This document shows positions 38,439 through 52,466 of a stretch of DNA of 64,000 nt, piece after piece. The number at the start of each line of letters is the position of its first letter. Positions within the stretch are counted from its first letter, which is position 1. This DNA is from Desulfobacterales bacterium (lineage in GTDB: Bacteria; Desulfobacterota; Desulfobacteria; Desulfobacterales; UBA5852), in contig CAXXVS010000003.1 of NCBI GenBank assembly GCA_963674755.2, positions 1,440,001 through 1,504,000 of the forward strand, given 5' to 3'. The notes under the pieces are model-generated. The model was not told the DNA's origin, made no database searches, and saw nothing but the letters and a program-made list of their open reading frames with translations. The translations under genes and the position numbers were made by a program.

Positions 38439-39287
38439 ATGCCCACGCTCCGTATTGCCGCCACCATGCTCCGGTCGCCGGTGGGGCGGGTCGATGAAAA
38501 CCTGGCCGCGGTCGTGGCCTGGACCCGGCAGGCGCGCCGGGAAGGCGCCCGCCTGATCTGTTTCCCGGAGATGACCCTCACGGGTTACAGCACCCGGGGG
38601 GCCATCATGCGCCATGCGATGAGGGCCGATAGCCCGGCGGCCGAAAGGCTGCGGCAGCTGGCGCAGCAGGAAGACATCACGATTCTCGTGGGCGCCGCCG
38701 AACCGGCGCCGGACGGACGGATTTACGCGGCCCACTGGGTGGTGCGGCCGGGTAGGCCCATTGCCGTCTACCGTAAAACCCATATCGCCCCGCCGGAGAA
38801 ACGGCATCTATGCCCGGGCGATCAGGCGCCGGTCTTTGGGGTAGATCCCTACCGCATCGGTATCCAACTCTGCTACGATGCCCATTTCCCCGAACTCTCC
38901 GCCCACATGGCCTGGCAGGGGGCGGATATCCTCTTTTTCCCCCATGCCTCACCCCGTGGAACACCGGATGATAAGCTGGCCTCCTGGCTGCGCCATCTGA
39001 CGGCCCGGGCTTTTGACAACGGCGTTTTCGTGGTGGCCTGCAACCAGGCAGGAGAGAACGGCGAGGGGTTGTCCTTTCCGGCCACGGCGGTGGTTATCGG
39101 TCCTTCCGGGGACGTGCAGGCCCGGGACACATCGGGACGGGAAGGCTTGTTGCTGGCTGACGTGGAATCTTCCCTCCTGACCCATGTGCGCGGACATCGC
39201 ATGCGTTATTTCTTCCCGAACCGGCGGCCTGCGCTATACCGGCGGCTGCTGGACGAGCAATCCGATGCCGGATCGGATGAATCCTGA
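38439..39287 (+). CDS. Carbon-nitrogen hydrolase (nitrilase superfamily)
   Basis: FPE, YRKTH and LCYDAHFPE motifs. Confidence 0.9.
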   Translation: MPTLRIAATMLRSPVGRVDENLAAVVAWTRQARREGARLICFPEMTLTGYSTRGAIMRHAMRADSPAAERLRQLAQQEDITILVGAAEPAPDGRIYAAHWVVRPGRPIAVYRKTHIAPPEKRHLCPGDQAPVFGVDPYRIGIQLCYDAHFPELSAHMAWQGADILFFPHASPRGTPDDKLASWLRHLTARAFDNGVFVVACNQAGENGEGLSFPATAVVIGPSGDVQARDTSGREGLLLADVESSLLTHVRGHRMRYFFPNRRPALYRRLLDEQSDAGSDES

Positions 39288-39316
39288 TGCCGGATCCAAC
39301 CTCCCGCCCCAGCCGC

Positions 39317-39355
39317 CGATGCTCGGTGCGGAACAAAGGGGCATAACCCCGAAAC
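39317..39355 (+). repeat. Dispersed intergenic repeat, partial copy C
   Basis: CGATGCTCGGTGCGGAACAAAGGGGCATAACCCC matches the 3' end of copy B. Confidence 0.65.
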
Positions 39356-39416
39356 AACCAAGACGCTAGGTCCCCTTAATGGCGTCTGCCGGGTGTTATT
39401 GTTTTGTTGACAGGGA

Positions 39417-40175
39417 TCAGGTGAGGATGGAGTGCACCAGGCGGATGCGCCCTCCGGAAGATCGCACCTGGATATGAAATCCCGGCAGGGTTTGCACGAG
39501 AGGTCTTCCCAGAAGGAAATCAAGCATGCCGGCGGGAGTATGGCCGTTTTCCACCAACAGCTGGCGCAGACTCTCATCGTATTTGACCATGTCGGTGACA
39601 GCGCCCAGCGCCGCCTTTTGGTCCGATGGCCCTTCTGACAACCGTCCGGCCAGATCGCGGATGCGGCGGTAGTCGCAGCGCCGTTCATGATCCGCGATCA
39701 GTTCCCACAAGCCTTCCACTCCCTGCAGCAGATCCCGCCGGGATAGGCGTTCCCGGTCGTAGAGCCCTTCGATGGCACGGGTATCCCAGCACTGCAAGGA
39801 CCGGCATTCCACCGGGCGATGGTCGTAGATAGTGCAGCGGTTCGTGGCATTTTCAAGAAACCGGCAGCACCAGCCGTCAGCAAGGCCTTTGATCTTGATG
39901 ATATCGTCTCCGGCGAAGGTGGGCCGCCCGGCCACATTGTCCTGCACCGGCTCACCGGGCCGGATGGTGTAGAGCGCCTCGGCGCGAATGAGGCCGTCGT
40001 CGATAAGGTGCGCATCCTGCCGATGCAGGGCGGGACCGCCCTTGCGGCAGCAGGTGCCGCAACGCCGGCAGGTTTGATGGCCGTTGGGTGGTGAATCGGG
40101 ATTTTGTGAGGCGGAAGAAGGCATAGCGGTCGCCAAGAATGAAGCCGGGGGGCGATGAAGTGAGTCTTCATGCAT
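39417..40175 (-). CDS. YkgJ-family cysteine-cluster protein (start uncertain)
   Basis: CRRCGTCC, CCRFL and CTIYDHRPVECRSLQC motifs. Confidence 0.8.
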   Translation of the reverse strand: MHEDSLHRPPASFLATAMPSSASQNPDSPPNGHQTCRRCGTCCRKGGPALHRQDAHLIDDGLIRAEALYTIRPGEPVQDNVAGRPTFAGDDIIKIKGLADGWCCRFLENATNRCTIYDHRPVECRSLQCWDTRAIEGLYDRERLSRRDLLQGVEGLWELIADHERRCDYRRIRDLAGRLSEGPSDQKAALGAVTDMVKYDESLRQLLVENGHTPAGMLDFLLGRPLVQTLPGFHIQVRSSGGRIRLVHSILT

Positions 40176-40221
40176 GCCCCCCGGGATGTGTCGGTTTCAG
40201 AACCCGCCTGGTCCGGCGGCG

Positions 40222-43893
<3,672 letters not shown>

Positions 43894-44009
43894 TTAGTAT
43901 TTGCTAAACCCTTGCCCGGCGTGAGTTTGCCGTTGTCTCCATGCGAAAGGATAAGATGAAATGCATATTAGAATCCGGCCTTTTTGTAAAGGCCAAATAT
44001 CGCCGAGAT

Positions 44010-46184
44010 TTAGTCGTGAATGTCTCCTGTGGACGCTGTCAAGCGTTCGGCCAAGACTTCGGCGATATGGCGGACGCTGAGCTTAAGGTTGTCGCTTTGG
44101 GCGCCGCCGCGCAGCTGCATGACGCAGCCCGGGCACTCGGTGACCAGGAGGTCGGCGCCGGTGGCCATGACGTCATCGAGCTTGCGCGCGAGGATTTGGG
44201 CCGAGATCTGGGGGAACTTGCCGGAATAGGTCCCCCCGAACCCGCAGCAGGTCTCCTCTTCGGCGGCCGGAAGGAAGTCGAACCCGGCGCTGGCGATGAG
44301 ACCGTGGGGGGCTTCGCGCTCCCCCAGCCCCCGGCACAGGTGGCAGGGGGCATGGTAGGTGACCTTGCGCCCGTCGGCCTGAAAGGCGTTTCGGTCGAGC
44401 TTGAGCACCCGGTGAGCGAACTGGCTAAACGTGAGCACCTTGGCCCCGAAGGCCTCTACCTCGGCCGCCTCCTTGGGATCGGCTGCCAAAGCCCGGGCAT
44501 AGCCGTGCTTTAAATGGGAGGCGCAGGAGGCGCACAGGGTCACGATATAATCAAAGGCCCGGTGGTCCACGGCGGCCATGTTCCGGCGGGCCACCTCCCG
44601 GGCGGCCGCCTTCTCCCCCATCATCTGCACCGGCAGCCCGCAGCAGGACTGCTCTTCCGGGAACGCCAGGGCGACCCCGTGACGGGCCAATAAGGTTACT
44701 GCCGCCTCCAGCTGCTCCGGATAGACAAAATCCTGCACGCAGCCGGCAAACAGCGCCACCCTAAAGCGGGGCTGGGCAACCTCCGGTTTAATGGCCGGCC
44801 AGCGGTCCCGAAAGGCCTGCTCGGCAATGGCCGGCAAGGCCCGGAAGTTGTGCTCGGCGGAAAACACCATGGGCAGGTGCCGCAGATAGGGTGTGCCCCC
44901 GGTGACCGGCTTCTGGGCCTGGCGGGCCGAGCGCAGCAGGCCGTGGAACAGCTTGCGGTTCTTGAGCGTCAGGGCCAGCATGCGGCCTGAGACCGAATGG
45001 CCCTCCTCGTCCTGGATGCGGGCGTGGATCTCCTTGATCAGATAGGGCAGGTCGATACCCGCCGCGCAGACCTCCTTGCAGGCCCCGCAGTTGATGCAGT
45101 TCTGCACCAGGTTTTTAGCCTTCTCCCGTCCGTGGAAGAAATAGGTGGCGATCAGCCCGATGGCCCCGATGTAGATATGCCCGTACTGGTGGCCCCCCAC
45201 CATGCGGTAGACCGGACAGACATTGGCACAGGCCCCGCAGCGCACGCAGCGCAGCACCTGGGAAAATTCCGGATCCCGGGCCAGGGCTCGCCGGCCGTTG
45301 TCCAGGAAAACGATGTGCATTGCCTTGCGGCCCTCCGGGGCGGCGGCGCAGGCGCTGGGTCCCGTGATCCAGGTCACATACGAGGTGATGGTCTGGCCGG
45401 TGGCGTTGCGCGGCAGGGCCCGGTTGATCCGAAGGGCGTCGTGTAAGGTCGGCACGAGTTTGTCCAGGCCGATCAGGGCCACGTGTACCCGCGGCAGGGT
45501 GGTCACCAGCCGCGCATTGCCCTCGTTGGTGGTCAGCCCGATGGTGCCCGTCGCGGCGATGGCGAAATTGGCGCCTGTAATTCCCATGTCGGCTTCCACG
45601 TACTTGCGCCGCAGCTCCCGGCGGGCCACCTTGACCAGACGCTCGATCTCGCTGTCCTGGGCCCTGCCGGTGACATCGGTAAACAGATCCGCCACCTGGT
45701 AGCGGGATAGATGGATAGCCGGCATCACCATGTGGGAGGGCCCCTCGTGGCGTAATTGGATGATCCATTCCCCCAGGTCGGTCTCGGTGACCTCCAGGCC
45801 TTCGGCCTCCAGGTGGTGGTTGAGAAGGGTCTCCTCGGCGGTCATGGACTTGGATTTGACGATGCGCCGGGAGTTGGTCTCCCGCGCGATATCGGCGATG
45901 ATGCGGTTGGCCGCATCGGCCGTTTCGGCCAGGTGCACCGTGACGCCGGCCTTTTCCGCGTTGGCCTTGAAGGTGGCATACAGGGCGTCCAACTGGCCGA
46001 TGGACTGGTCCTTTGCTTCAGCGATCTCATTCACCAGCGCTTTGATATCGATAGCGCCAAAGGCCTTGGCCCGCCCGCTGCGGTAGGCCACGGCGAACTT
46101 GTCCAGGGTCTCCCGCAGAAAGGTATTGTCCAGGGCGCCCCGGACCTCTTTCTTATAGGCTTTCAGGTTGCGCGCGGTCTGCAT
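44010..46184 (-). CDS. lutB: L-lactate dehydrogenase large Fe-S subunit (LdhH/LutB-like), copy 2
   Basis: Same motifs as 3827-5983 and visibly paralogous. Confidence 0.9.
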   Translation of the reverse strand: MQTARNLKAYKKEVRGALDNTFLRETLDKFAVAYRSGRAKAFGAIDIKALVNEIAEAKDQSIGQLDALYATFKANAEKAGVTVHLAETADAANRIIADIARETNSRRIVKSKSMTAEETLLNHHLEAEGLEVTETDLGEWIIQLRHEGPSHMVMPAIHLSRYQVADLFTDVTGRAQDSEIERLVKVARRELRRKYVEADMGITGANFAIAATGTIGLTTNEGNARLVTTLPRVHVALIGLDKLVPTLHDALRINRALPRNATGQTITSYVTWITGPSACAAAPEGRKAMHIVFLDNGRRALARDPEFSQVLRCVRCGACANVCPVYRMVGGHQYGHIYIGAIGLIATYFFHGREKAKNLVQNCINCGACKEVCAAGIDLPYLIKEIHARIQDEEGHSVSGRMLALTLKNRKLFHGLLRSARQAQKPVTGGTPYLRHLPMVFSAEHNFRALPAIAEQAFRDRWPAIKPEVAQPRFRVALFAGCVQDFVYPEQLEAAVTLLARHGVALAFPEEQSCCGLPVQMMGEKAAAREVARRNMAAVDHRAFDYIVTLCASCASHLKHGYARALAADPKEAAEVEAFGAKVLTFSQFAHRVLKLDRNAFQADGRKVTYHAPCHLCRGLGEREAPHGLIASAGFDFLPAAEEETCCGFGGTYSGKFPQISAQILARKLDDVMATGADLLVTECPGCVMQLRGGAQSDNLKLSVRHIAEVLAERLTASTGDIHD

Positions 46185-46813
46185 CAGGCGTCCTCCCGGA
46201 TTAAGATGTGAAGTTCAAGGGGGCCGTGGACCCCCAGGGCCAGCACCCGCTCGATGTCCGCCGTGCGGCTGGCCCCGGTGATAAAGGCCGTGTAGTCGGG
46301 CGCCTGCTGCATGCGCCGGGTAAGATCGGCTTCCACGTCATAGGCGGATGCCCACAGGCAGGAGCGAGGCAGCACCGCCACGTGGATTTCGCTGATCATG
46401 GTGGCCAGGCGGATGTCCTCATTGCGGGAGTCGATCACCAGGGTGCCGGTATCGGCCAGGCCGAAGTCCGCATAGGTCAGGCCGATGTCGATGCCGGCCA
46501 GATGCGCCCGCAGCCCCTCCGTGGTGACCCGGATGCCGCTGGCGGCGCAGCGTTCGCTCAAAAGGCCCACCTCCTCCCGGGGCAGGCCCGGGGCTGCGAT
46601 CACCTTGGTTTGTTTGGTCTCGCAAAGCGTTTCGGCCGGAGGTGAAAGGGATGTCTCGCAGCCCGCCATCAACAGCTGGCAGGCTTCCTTGCCCTCGCAT
46701 AAATCCACCACGTAATCCAAGACCGCATCCGCCGAGGATACCCGGCGCACCACCGCCGATACCGATTCGGCCTTCTGAATGAAAAGCGTCATCATTTCAT
46801 CATGTTGATGCAT
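46184..46813 (-). CDS. lutC: Lactate utilization protein C, copy 2
   Basis: FITGASRTADIERVLALGVHGP motif; AAGGAG RBS; TGATG coupling to lutB. Confidence 0.88.
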   Translation of the reverse strand: MHQHDEMMTLFIQKAESVSAVVRRVSSADAVLDYVVDLCEGKEACQLLMAGCETSLSPPAETLCETKQTKVIAAPGLPREEVGLLSERCAASGIRVTTEGLRAHLAGIDIGLTYADFGLADTGTLVIDSRNEDIRLATMISEIHVAVLPRSCLWASAYDVEADLTRRMQQAPDYTAFITGASRTADIERVLALGVHGPLELHILIREDA

Positions 46814-46875
46814 CGTCTTGCTCTCCTTTGTCAGTAGACGGTGGCCGCCTGCGCGGCCACCGTAAAAGAGGTCGC

Positions 46876-48591
46876 CTATTTCGCGGCCGCCTGGAGAAAG
46901 GCGCTCAGCGGATCCTGGTAGCCAAAGACATAGATGGCCAACAGGCCGATGATGCCGGTCAACGTGCAGTAATAGATCGTAGGAATAATCGTTCGACGCA
47001 AGGTGATCCCTTCCTGACCTAGCAGCCCCACCGTCGCCGAAGCGGCCACGACGTTGTGAATACAGAACATGTTGCCGGCCGCCGCTCCCACCGCTTGCAA
47101 CGCCACCACCAGGGAGCCGGAGATCATCAGGTTCTCGGCCACCCCGTGCTGGAAGAGGCTGAACATCAGGTTGCTGACCGTGTTGCTGCCGGCGATAAAC
47201 GCGCCCAGGGCGCCGATAAAGGGGGCGAAAAAGGGCCACACATAACCGACATTGGCCGCCACCCACTGGGCCATGGCAAGCGGCATGCTGGCATAGCCCG
47301 CCGTGTTGACCCCCGAATTGATGTAGACCCGCACCATGGGAATTGTAAAGATCAAAACGAAACCCGCCCCCAGCAGGATCTTGCTGGATTCTTTGACCGC
47401 CGCGCCCAGTTCCTTACTGCTCATGTGGTGCAGGAAAAAGGTGATGATGACCACGAAGAGCAGCATGGCGCCGGGCAGGTAGAGGGGGGCGCTGGAGCCG
47501 GTGATGCCGGTGCCCAGAATATCGCTCCATTTGATGGCGACACTGCTGAGCCAGCCCCCCAAAGGCAACTGCCGCAGGCGGCTCAACACCAGAACGAGGG
47601 CCACCAGCACATAGGGGGTCCAGGCCAGGATAAGATTCATCGGCTTCTTGGCGGTCAGGGACTCCAGGCTGATTTCCATATCCGATACCCAGCCCTTCTG
47701 CCACTCCTCCCGCGGCGGAAAATCCCAGACGTCCTTGGGCACCAGAAACCCTTTCACTGCGCAGAAAGACATAATGGCCAGGCCCACCAGAGCCCCGATC
47801 AGGGATGGAAATTCCGGTCCTAGAAAAATGCCTGTCAACACATAGGGCACCGTGAAGGCCAGACCGCCCAGAATGGTGAAAGGCAAAATCGAAAGACCCT
47901 CGGTCCAGGATTTGTTCTTACCGAAAAAGCGCGTCATCATGATCACCATGAAGGTCGGAATCAGGGTGCCGCAAATGGCATGGATGATAGCACTCTGGGC
48001 GGTAATCAGCTGCAGGTAGTCGTTGAAATTCATGCCCACCTGGGCCAGCTGGGCCGTCAGTTCGGGGCTCTCCAGCCCGCCCTTGACCCCGATCAGAATC
48101 GGCGTTCCCACCGCTCCGAAGGTCACCGGTGTGCTCTGGATCATCATTCCGATCATGACCGCGGCCATGGCCGGAAAACCGACCGCCACCATGAGGGGCG
48201 CGGCAATCGCCGCCGGCGTGCCGAAACCCGAGGAGCCCTCGATAAAGGCCCCGAACAGCCAGGCGATCAGGACGAGCTGCACCCGCCGGTCCGGGCTGAT
48301 GTTGGCAAAACCGGAACGGATGGCGGTAATGGCCCCCGAATGCTTGAGGGTGTTGAGCAGCAGAATGGCGCCGAAGATGATGTACAAAATGTTGACCGTC
48401 AGAAAGAGACCCTGGATGGTGGAGGCCACCACACGCACCGTATCCACCTTCCAGAAACCGATGGCCACCACCACCGCCACCACGTAACAAATGGGCATGG
48501 CCCGCTTGGCCGGCCAGCGAAATCCCACCAGGAGCACGGCCGCCGTCAAAATCGGCAACACCGCTAAAAATGATTGTAGTCCTAGACTCAT
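46876..48591 (-). CDS. lldP: L-lactate permease
   Basis: FIEGSSGFGTPAA, PVTFGAVGTP and FIAGSNTVSN motifs. Confidence 0.92.
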   Translation of the reverse strand: MSLGLQSFLAVLPILTAAVLLVGFRWPAKRAMPICYVVAVVVAIGFWKVDTVRVVASTIQGLFLTVNILYIIFGAILLLNTLKHSGAITAIRSGFANISPDRRVQLVLIAWLFGAFIEGSSGFGTPAAIAAPLMVAVGFPAMAAVMIGMMIQSTPVTFGAVGTPILIGVKGGLESPELTAQLAQVGMNFNDYLQLITAQSAIIHAICGTLIPTFMVIMMTRFFGKNKSWTEGLSILPFTILGGLAFTVPYVLTGIFLGPEFPSLIGALVGLAIMSFCAVKGFLVPKDVWDFPPREEWQKGWVSDMEISLESLTAKKPMNLILAWTPYVLVALVLVLSRLRQLPLGGWLSSVAIKWSDILGTGITGSSAPLYLPGAMLLFVVIITFFLHHMSSKELGAAVKESSKILLGAGFVLIFTIPMVRVYINSGVNTAGYASMPLAMAQWVAANVGYVWPFFAPFIGALGAFIAGSNTVSNLMFSLFQHGVAENLMISGSLVVALQAVGAAAGNMFCIHNVVAASATVGLLGQEGITLRRTIIPTIYYCTLTGIIGLLAIYVFGYQDPLSAFLQAAAK

Positions 48592-48750
48592 GGATGACCT
48601 CCTTAGGTAAAGAAATTTTGCTTAACCTCTCCTATGTGCCATTTGACAGCCGTCAGTGGGCTGCCTCTTCTGTGCCATGGCAGGGGGGATGCGGCCGGTG
48701 CCCATAACCCAGGAAAAATCCACAAAAAATATCCATATGGTTTTATGGTT

Positions 48751-48765
48751 ATTGGTATGACCTTT
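48751..48765. promoter_or_regulatory. FadR/GntR-type (LldR-like) operator 1
   Basis: ATTGGTATGACCTTT in the divergent lldP/glcD region. Confidence 0.6.
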
Positions 48766-48904
48766 ATTACGACTATTTTTAATAGCCTGTCAATAACATT
48801 AAAATAAGGTTGCAATAATATATTAAAATAATATATATCAAGGATATACCGCATAATTCTTATTTTTCGGCAATATTGCCGCCGCCCATAAAGGATTAGT
48901 GGAT

Positions 48905-48919
48905 ATAGGTAATACCAAT
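48905..48919. promoter_or_regulatory. FadR/GntR-type (LldR-like) operator 2
   Basis: ATAGGTAATACCAAT (reverse complement ATTGGTATTACCTAT), just upstream of the glcD RBS. Confidence 0.65.
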
Positions 48920-48935
48920 AAATTCAGGAGGCGTT

Positions 48936-50324
48936 ATGGCACTAAAATCGGTTGTAAAGGAATTTTCAGCGATCGTTGGGGCAGAGAATGTTTTTACCGC
49001 TTCGGCCGACTTGGCCACCTATGCTTACGATGCAGCGGTTTTGGATCAGGTGGTTCCCTCACTGGTGGTCCGCCCTACGAACAGCGAAAGTCTTGGCAAG
49101 GTGGTGCGCCTTTGCAATGAAAACCGGCTTCCCCTTACCGTGCGGGGTGCCGGCACCAACCTGAGCGGTGGAACGATTCCCCAGCGCGAGGGGGTGGTGG
49201 TGCTGACCAACGGCCTCAATCGAATTCTTGAAATCAATGAGGCGGATCTTTACGCCCGGGTTCAGCCCGGCGTGGTCACCGCCAAACTGGCGGCCGCCGT
49301 GGAAGCTAAGGGGTTGTTCTACCCGCCGGACCCCGGCAGCATGGCGGTGTCGACCCTGGGCGGGAATGTGGCGGAGAACGCCGGCGGGCTGCGGGGCCTT
49401 AAATATGGGGTTACCCGGGATTATGTCATGGGGCTCGATTTTTTCGACGTGGACGGCGGACTGGTGAAAACCGGCGGACGTACTGTGAAGTGCGTCAGTG
49501 GTTACAATCTGACCGGGCTGATGGTCGCTTCGGAGGGCACCCTGGGCGTATTCAACGAGATCATTCTTAAACTGATTCCCCTGCCGACCTACCGCAAGGC
49601 CCTGATGGCGGTATTCGATTCCATGGGGCAGGCGTCCGAAGCGGTGGCGGCCATCATTGCCAATCGGGTGGTGCCGGCCACCCTGGAATTCCTCGATAAC
49701 TTCACGATCCGGGCCGTGGAGGATTTCAGCCACGTGGGGCTGCCCCTGGATGCCGGGGCCATCCTGCTGGTCGAGTGCGACGGATATCCCGGGCAGGTGG
49801 ACGAGGATTCCGCCAAGGTGGAGAAAATTTGTCAGGAGCTTGGCGCCACCTCGATTCGGGCGGCCAAGGATGCCAAGGAACGGGACGATGTGTGGGCGGC
49901 CCGGCGGGCGGCCTTGTCGGCTCTGGCCAAGCTCAAGCCCACCCTGGTGCTGGAGGATGCCACCGTGCCGAGGAGCAAAATTCCGGCCATGATCCATGCG
50001 CTCGAGCAGATCAGCAAGGAGTTCGATCTGACCATCGGTACCTTCGGCCATGCCGGCGACGGCAACCTGCATCCGACCATTTTGACCGATCGCCGGGACA
50101 CCCGGGAATGGGCGCGGGTGGAAGCCGCCATCGAAGCGATTTTCGACCGGGCCCTGGCCCTGGGCGGCACGCTGTCCGGTGAGCATGGGATCGGGATTGC
50201 CAAGTCGAAATTCCTGGAGCAGGAGACCAGCGCGGCCACCATCGTGTACTCCCGGCGCATCAAGGCGGCCCTGGACCCCAGGAACATCCTCAACCCCGGC
50301 AAGATCATAGGAGGCAAGGCATGA
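48936..50324 (+). CDS. glcD: GlcD-like FAD-linked oxidase (D-lactate/glycolate dehydrogenase subunit)
   Basis: RGAGTNLSGG, YPPDPGS, SEGTLG, GHAGDGNLH and SGEHGIG motifs. Confidence 0.88.
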   Translation: MALKSVVKEFSAIVGAENVFTASADLATYAYDAAVLDQVVPSLVVRPTNSESLGKVVRLCNENRLPLTVRGAGTNLSGGTIPQREGVVVLTNGLNRILEINEADLYARVQPGVVTAKLAAAVEAKGLFYPPDPGSMAVSTLGGNVAENAGGLRGLKYGVTRDYVMGLDFFDVDGGLVKTGGRTVKCVSGYNLTGLMVASEGTLGVFNEIILKLIPLPTYRKALMAVFDSMGQASEAVAAIIANRVVPATLEFLDNFTIRAVEDFSHVGLPLDAGAILLVECDGYPGQVDEDSAKVEKICQELGATSIRAAKDAKERDDVWAARRAALSALAKLKPTLVLEDATVPRSKIPAMIHALEQISKEFDLTIGTFGHAGDGNLHPTILTDRRDTREWARVEAAIEAIFDRALALGGTLSGEHGIGIAKSKFLEQETSAATIVYSRRIKAALDPRNILNPGKIIGGKA

Positions 50325-51616
50325 ATCGCATGAATGAGCTGGCCCGCATGATGAAGGAACTCGAAGACCAGATGACGGTCTGCATGAAATGCGGCATGTG
50401 CCAGGCGGTTTGCCCACTGTTTGCGGATACCGGACGCGAAGCGGACGTGGCCCGGGGCAAGCTGGCGCTGCTGGACGGTTTGCTGCATGAAATGTTCGAG
50501 GATCCCGAAGGGGTTTCCGACCGTCTGAATAAATGTCTGCTTTGCGGTTCTTGTGCCGCCAATTGCCCCAGTGGTGTCAATGTGTTGGAGATTTTCATTA
50601 AGGCCCGGGCGATCCTGGCGGGCTTTCAGGGGCTGCCTCCGGCCAAGAAGGTCATTTTCCGGGGGATGTTGGCCCACCCGGAACTGTTTGACAAAGTAGG
50701 GGAGTGGGGCGCCAGATTCCAGAAACTGTTCACCAAGCCCGCCAACGAGGTGATCGGTACCTCCTGCGCGCGGATCCGGTCCCCGCTGATCGGCGACCGG
50801 CACTTCCGCCCCCTGGCCGAAACGCCCTTTCACAATAAACTGCCGGAATTGCACACGGCAACCGGCTCCTCCGGCCTCAAGGTGGCTTTTTATGTAGGCT
50901 GTCTGGCCGACAAGATCTTCCCGTCCCTGGCCCAGGCCACGGTGGATGTTCTGGCCCACCACGGGGTGGGGGTCTTTATGCCCGCCAATCAGGCCTGCTG
51001 CGGCATTCCGGCCGTTTCTTCGGGAGACACGGACACCTTCCAGAAGCTGGTGCGCCATAATCTCCGGCAGTTGGCCGCCGAGGAGTTCGACTATCTGGTG
51101 ACCTCCTGCGCCACCTGCACCTCCACCATCAAGGAAATCTGGCCCATGATGGCCCGGGCGGATCACGGACTCCGGGAAGCCGCCCGGCACCTGGCAGATA
51201 AGACTTTAGATATTCACCAGTTTCTGGTATCCAAGGTCGGTGTCCGAGATGTGGCGCCCGGCAATGGTGACCGGACGGTCACCTACCATGATCCCTGCCA
51301 TTTGAAAAAATCGCTCAAGGTTTTTGCCGAACCCCGCGCCATTCTCAACGCCAGCCGCGGGTATCGCCTCAAGGAGATGAGCGAATCCGACTGGTGCTGC
51401 GGCATGGGCGGCAGCTTCAATGTCCAGTATTACGAAATTTCCAGCCATATCGGAGAACGCAAGCGGAACAACATCGTGGCCACCGGCTGCGATGTTGTGG
51501 CCACGGGCTGCCCGGCCTGCATGATGCAGATTTCCGACGCGCTCTCCCAGGCCGGAGATCGGATCGCGGTGAAGCATCCGATAGAAATTTATGCGGAGTC
51601 GTTAAACGCTCAATGA
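50321..51616 (+). CDS. glcF: GlcF-like Fe-S subunit
   Basis: CMKCGMCQAVCP, CLLCGSCAANCP and two CCG domains; ATGA overlap with glcD. Confidence 0.87.
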   Translation: MNRMNELARMMKELEDQMTVCMKCGMCQAVCPLFADTGREADVARGKLALLDGLLHEMFEDPEGVSDRLNKCLLCGSCAANCPSGVNVLEIFIKARAILAGFQGLPPAKKVIFRGMLAHPELFDKVGEWGARFQKLFTKPANEVIGTSCARIRSPLIGDRHFRPLAETPFHNKLPELHTATGSSGLKVAFYVGCLADKIFPSLAQATVDVLAHHGVGVFMPANQACCGIPAVSSGDTDTFQKLVRHNLRQLAAEEFDYLVTSCATCTSTIKEIWPMMARADHGLREAARHLADKTLDIHQFLVSKVGVRDVAPGNGDRTVTYHDPCHLKKSLKVFAEPRAILNASRGYRLKEMSESDWCCGMGGSFNVQYYEISSHIGERKRNNIVATGCDVVATGCPACMMQISDALSQAGDRIAVKHPIEIYAESLNAQ

Positions 51617-52371
51617 AGACATCCCTAAAACCGATCAAGCCCAAAAACATTTCCGATCAGGTGTTCGAACAGCTGCGGGACCTCATTTACCGCGGCGAAT
51701 TGCGCCCCGGCGACCAAGTGCTGCCCGAAAGAGATCTTTCCCTGGCGTTGGGCGTGAGTCGCACCACGGTGCGCAACGCCATCAACAAATTGGTGGTGCT
51801 GGGGCTCCTGGAACACAAGCAGGGCCAGGGAACGTTCGTGCGTCATCCCGATACCCGGACCCGACATCCCCTGGCTGAGGCCCTGCGGATGGAGATGGAA
51901 GGGGCGACCTTCGAGGACCTCCTGGAAGTACGCATGGGGCTGGAGTGCAATGCCGCGATGCTGGCCGGCAAGCGTGCGGACGAAGAAGACATCAATCATA
52001 TGATCGACTGCCTGGAGGCCATGGAAGAGGATTTTCGCCAGCATGGAAAGAACATCAATCCGGATGTGGATGCCGATTTTCACATGGCCATCGCTTACGC
52101 CACCAAGAATCCGGTGCATATTTACGTCATGAAGAATTTTCATGATTTTCTTTTTGTGGGCATCCAGGAAAACCTGCGCCTGCTATATGAGGACGCCAAA
52201 AACATCGAGGAGGTCTTGGCCCAGCACCGCAAAGTATTCGACGCGATCCAGCGCCGCGACCCGGAGATGGCCTTCAGCGCCATGAAGCTGCACATCCGCT
52301 ACGTCTTGCTGTTTTTCCGGGATCACAATAGCAAAACCTGGCTGGATAAGATCCGTGTGACAGACTCCTGA
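51613..52371 (+). CDS. FadR/GntR-family regulator (LldR/LutR-like)
   Basis: LRPGDQVLPERDLSLALGVSRTTVR...GQGTFV followed by an FCD domain; ATGA overlap with glcF. Confidence 0.9.
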   Translation: MKTSLKPIKPKNISDQVFEQLRDLIYRGELRPGDQVLPERDLSLALGVSRTTVRNAINKLVVLGLLEHKQGQGTFVRHPDTRTRHPLAEALRMEMEGATFEDLLEVRMGLECNAAMLAGKRADEEDINHMIDCLEAMEEDFRQHGKNINPDVDADFHMAIAYATKNPVHIYVMKNFHDFLFVGIQENLRLLYEDAKNIEEVLAQHRKVFDAIQRRDPEMAFSAMKLHIRYVLLFFRDHNSKTWLDKIRVTDS

Positions 52372-52392
52372 TCCCAATTGCGTTTCAGACCA

Positions 52393-52436
52393 AAACCATA
52401 CGGCTTGCCGGCGATTGCCGGCAGGCCGTATGGTTT
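52393..52436. terminator. Bidirectional terminator hairpin
   Basis: AAACCATACGGCTTGCCGGC-GATT-GCCGGCAGGCCGTATGGTTT between convergent genes. Confidence 0.75.
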
Positions 52437-52466
52437 ATCAGGGCAAGATTGCGTGGGGGGAGAAGC

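Noticed and set aside
46184..47266. Apparent 360-aa extended LutC (also the extended starts at 1013, 12551, 36027, 51394, 54191 and 57707)
   Set aside because: The extensions overlap neighbouring genes or intergenic DNA. Downstream starts have a good RBS or coupled stop/start codons.
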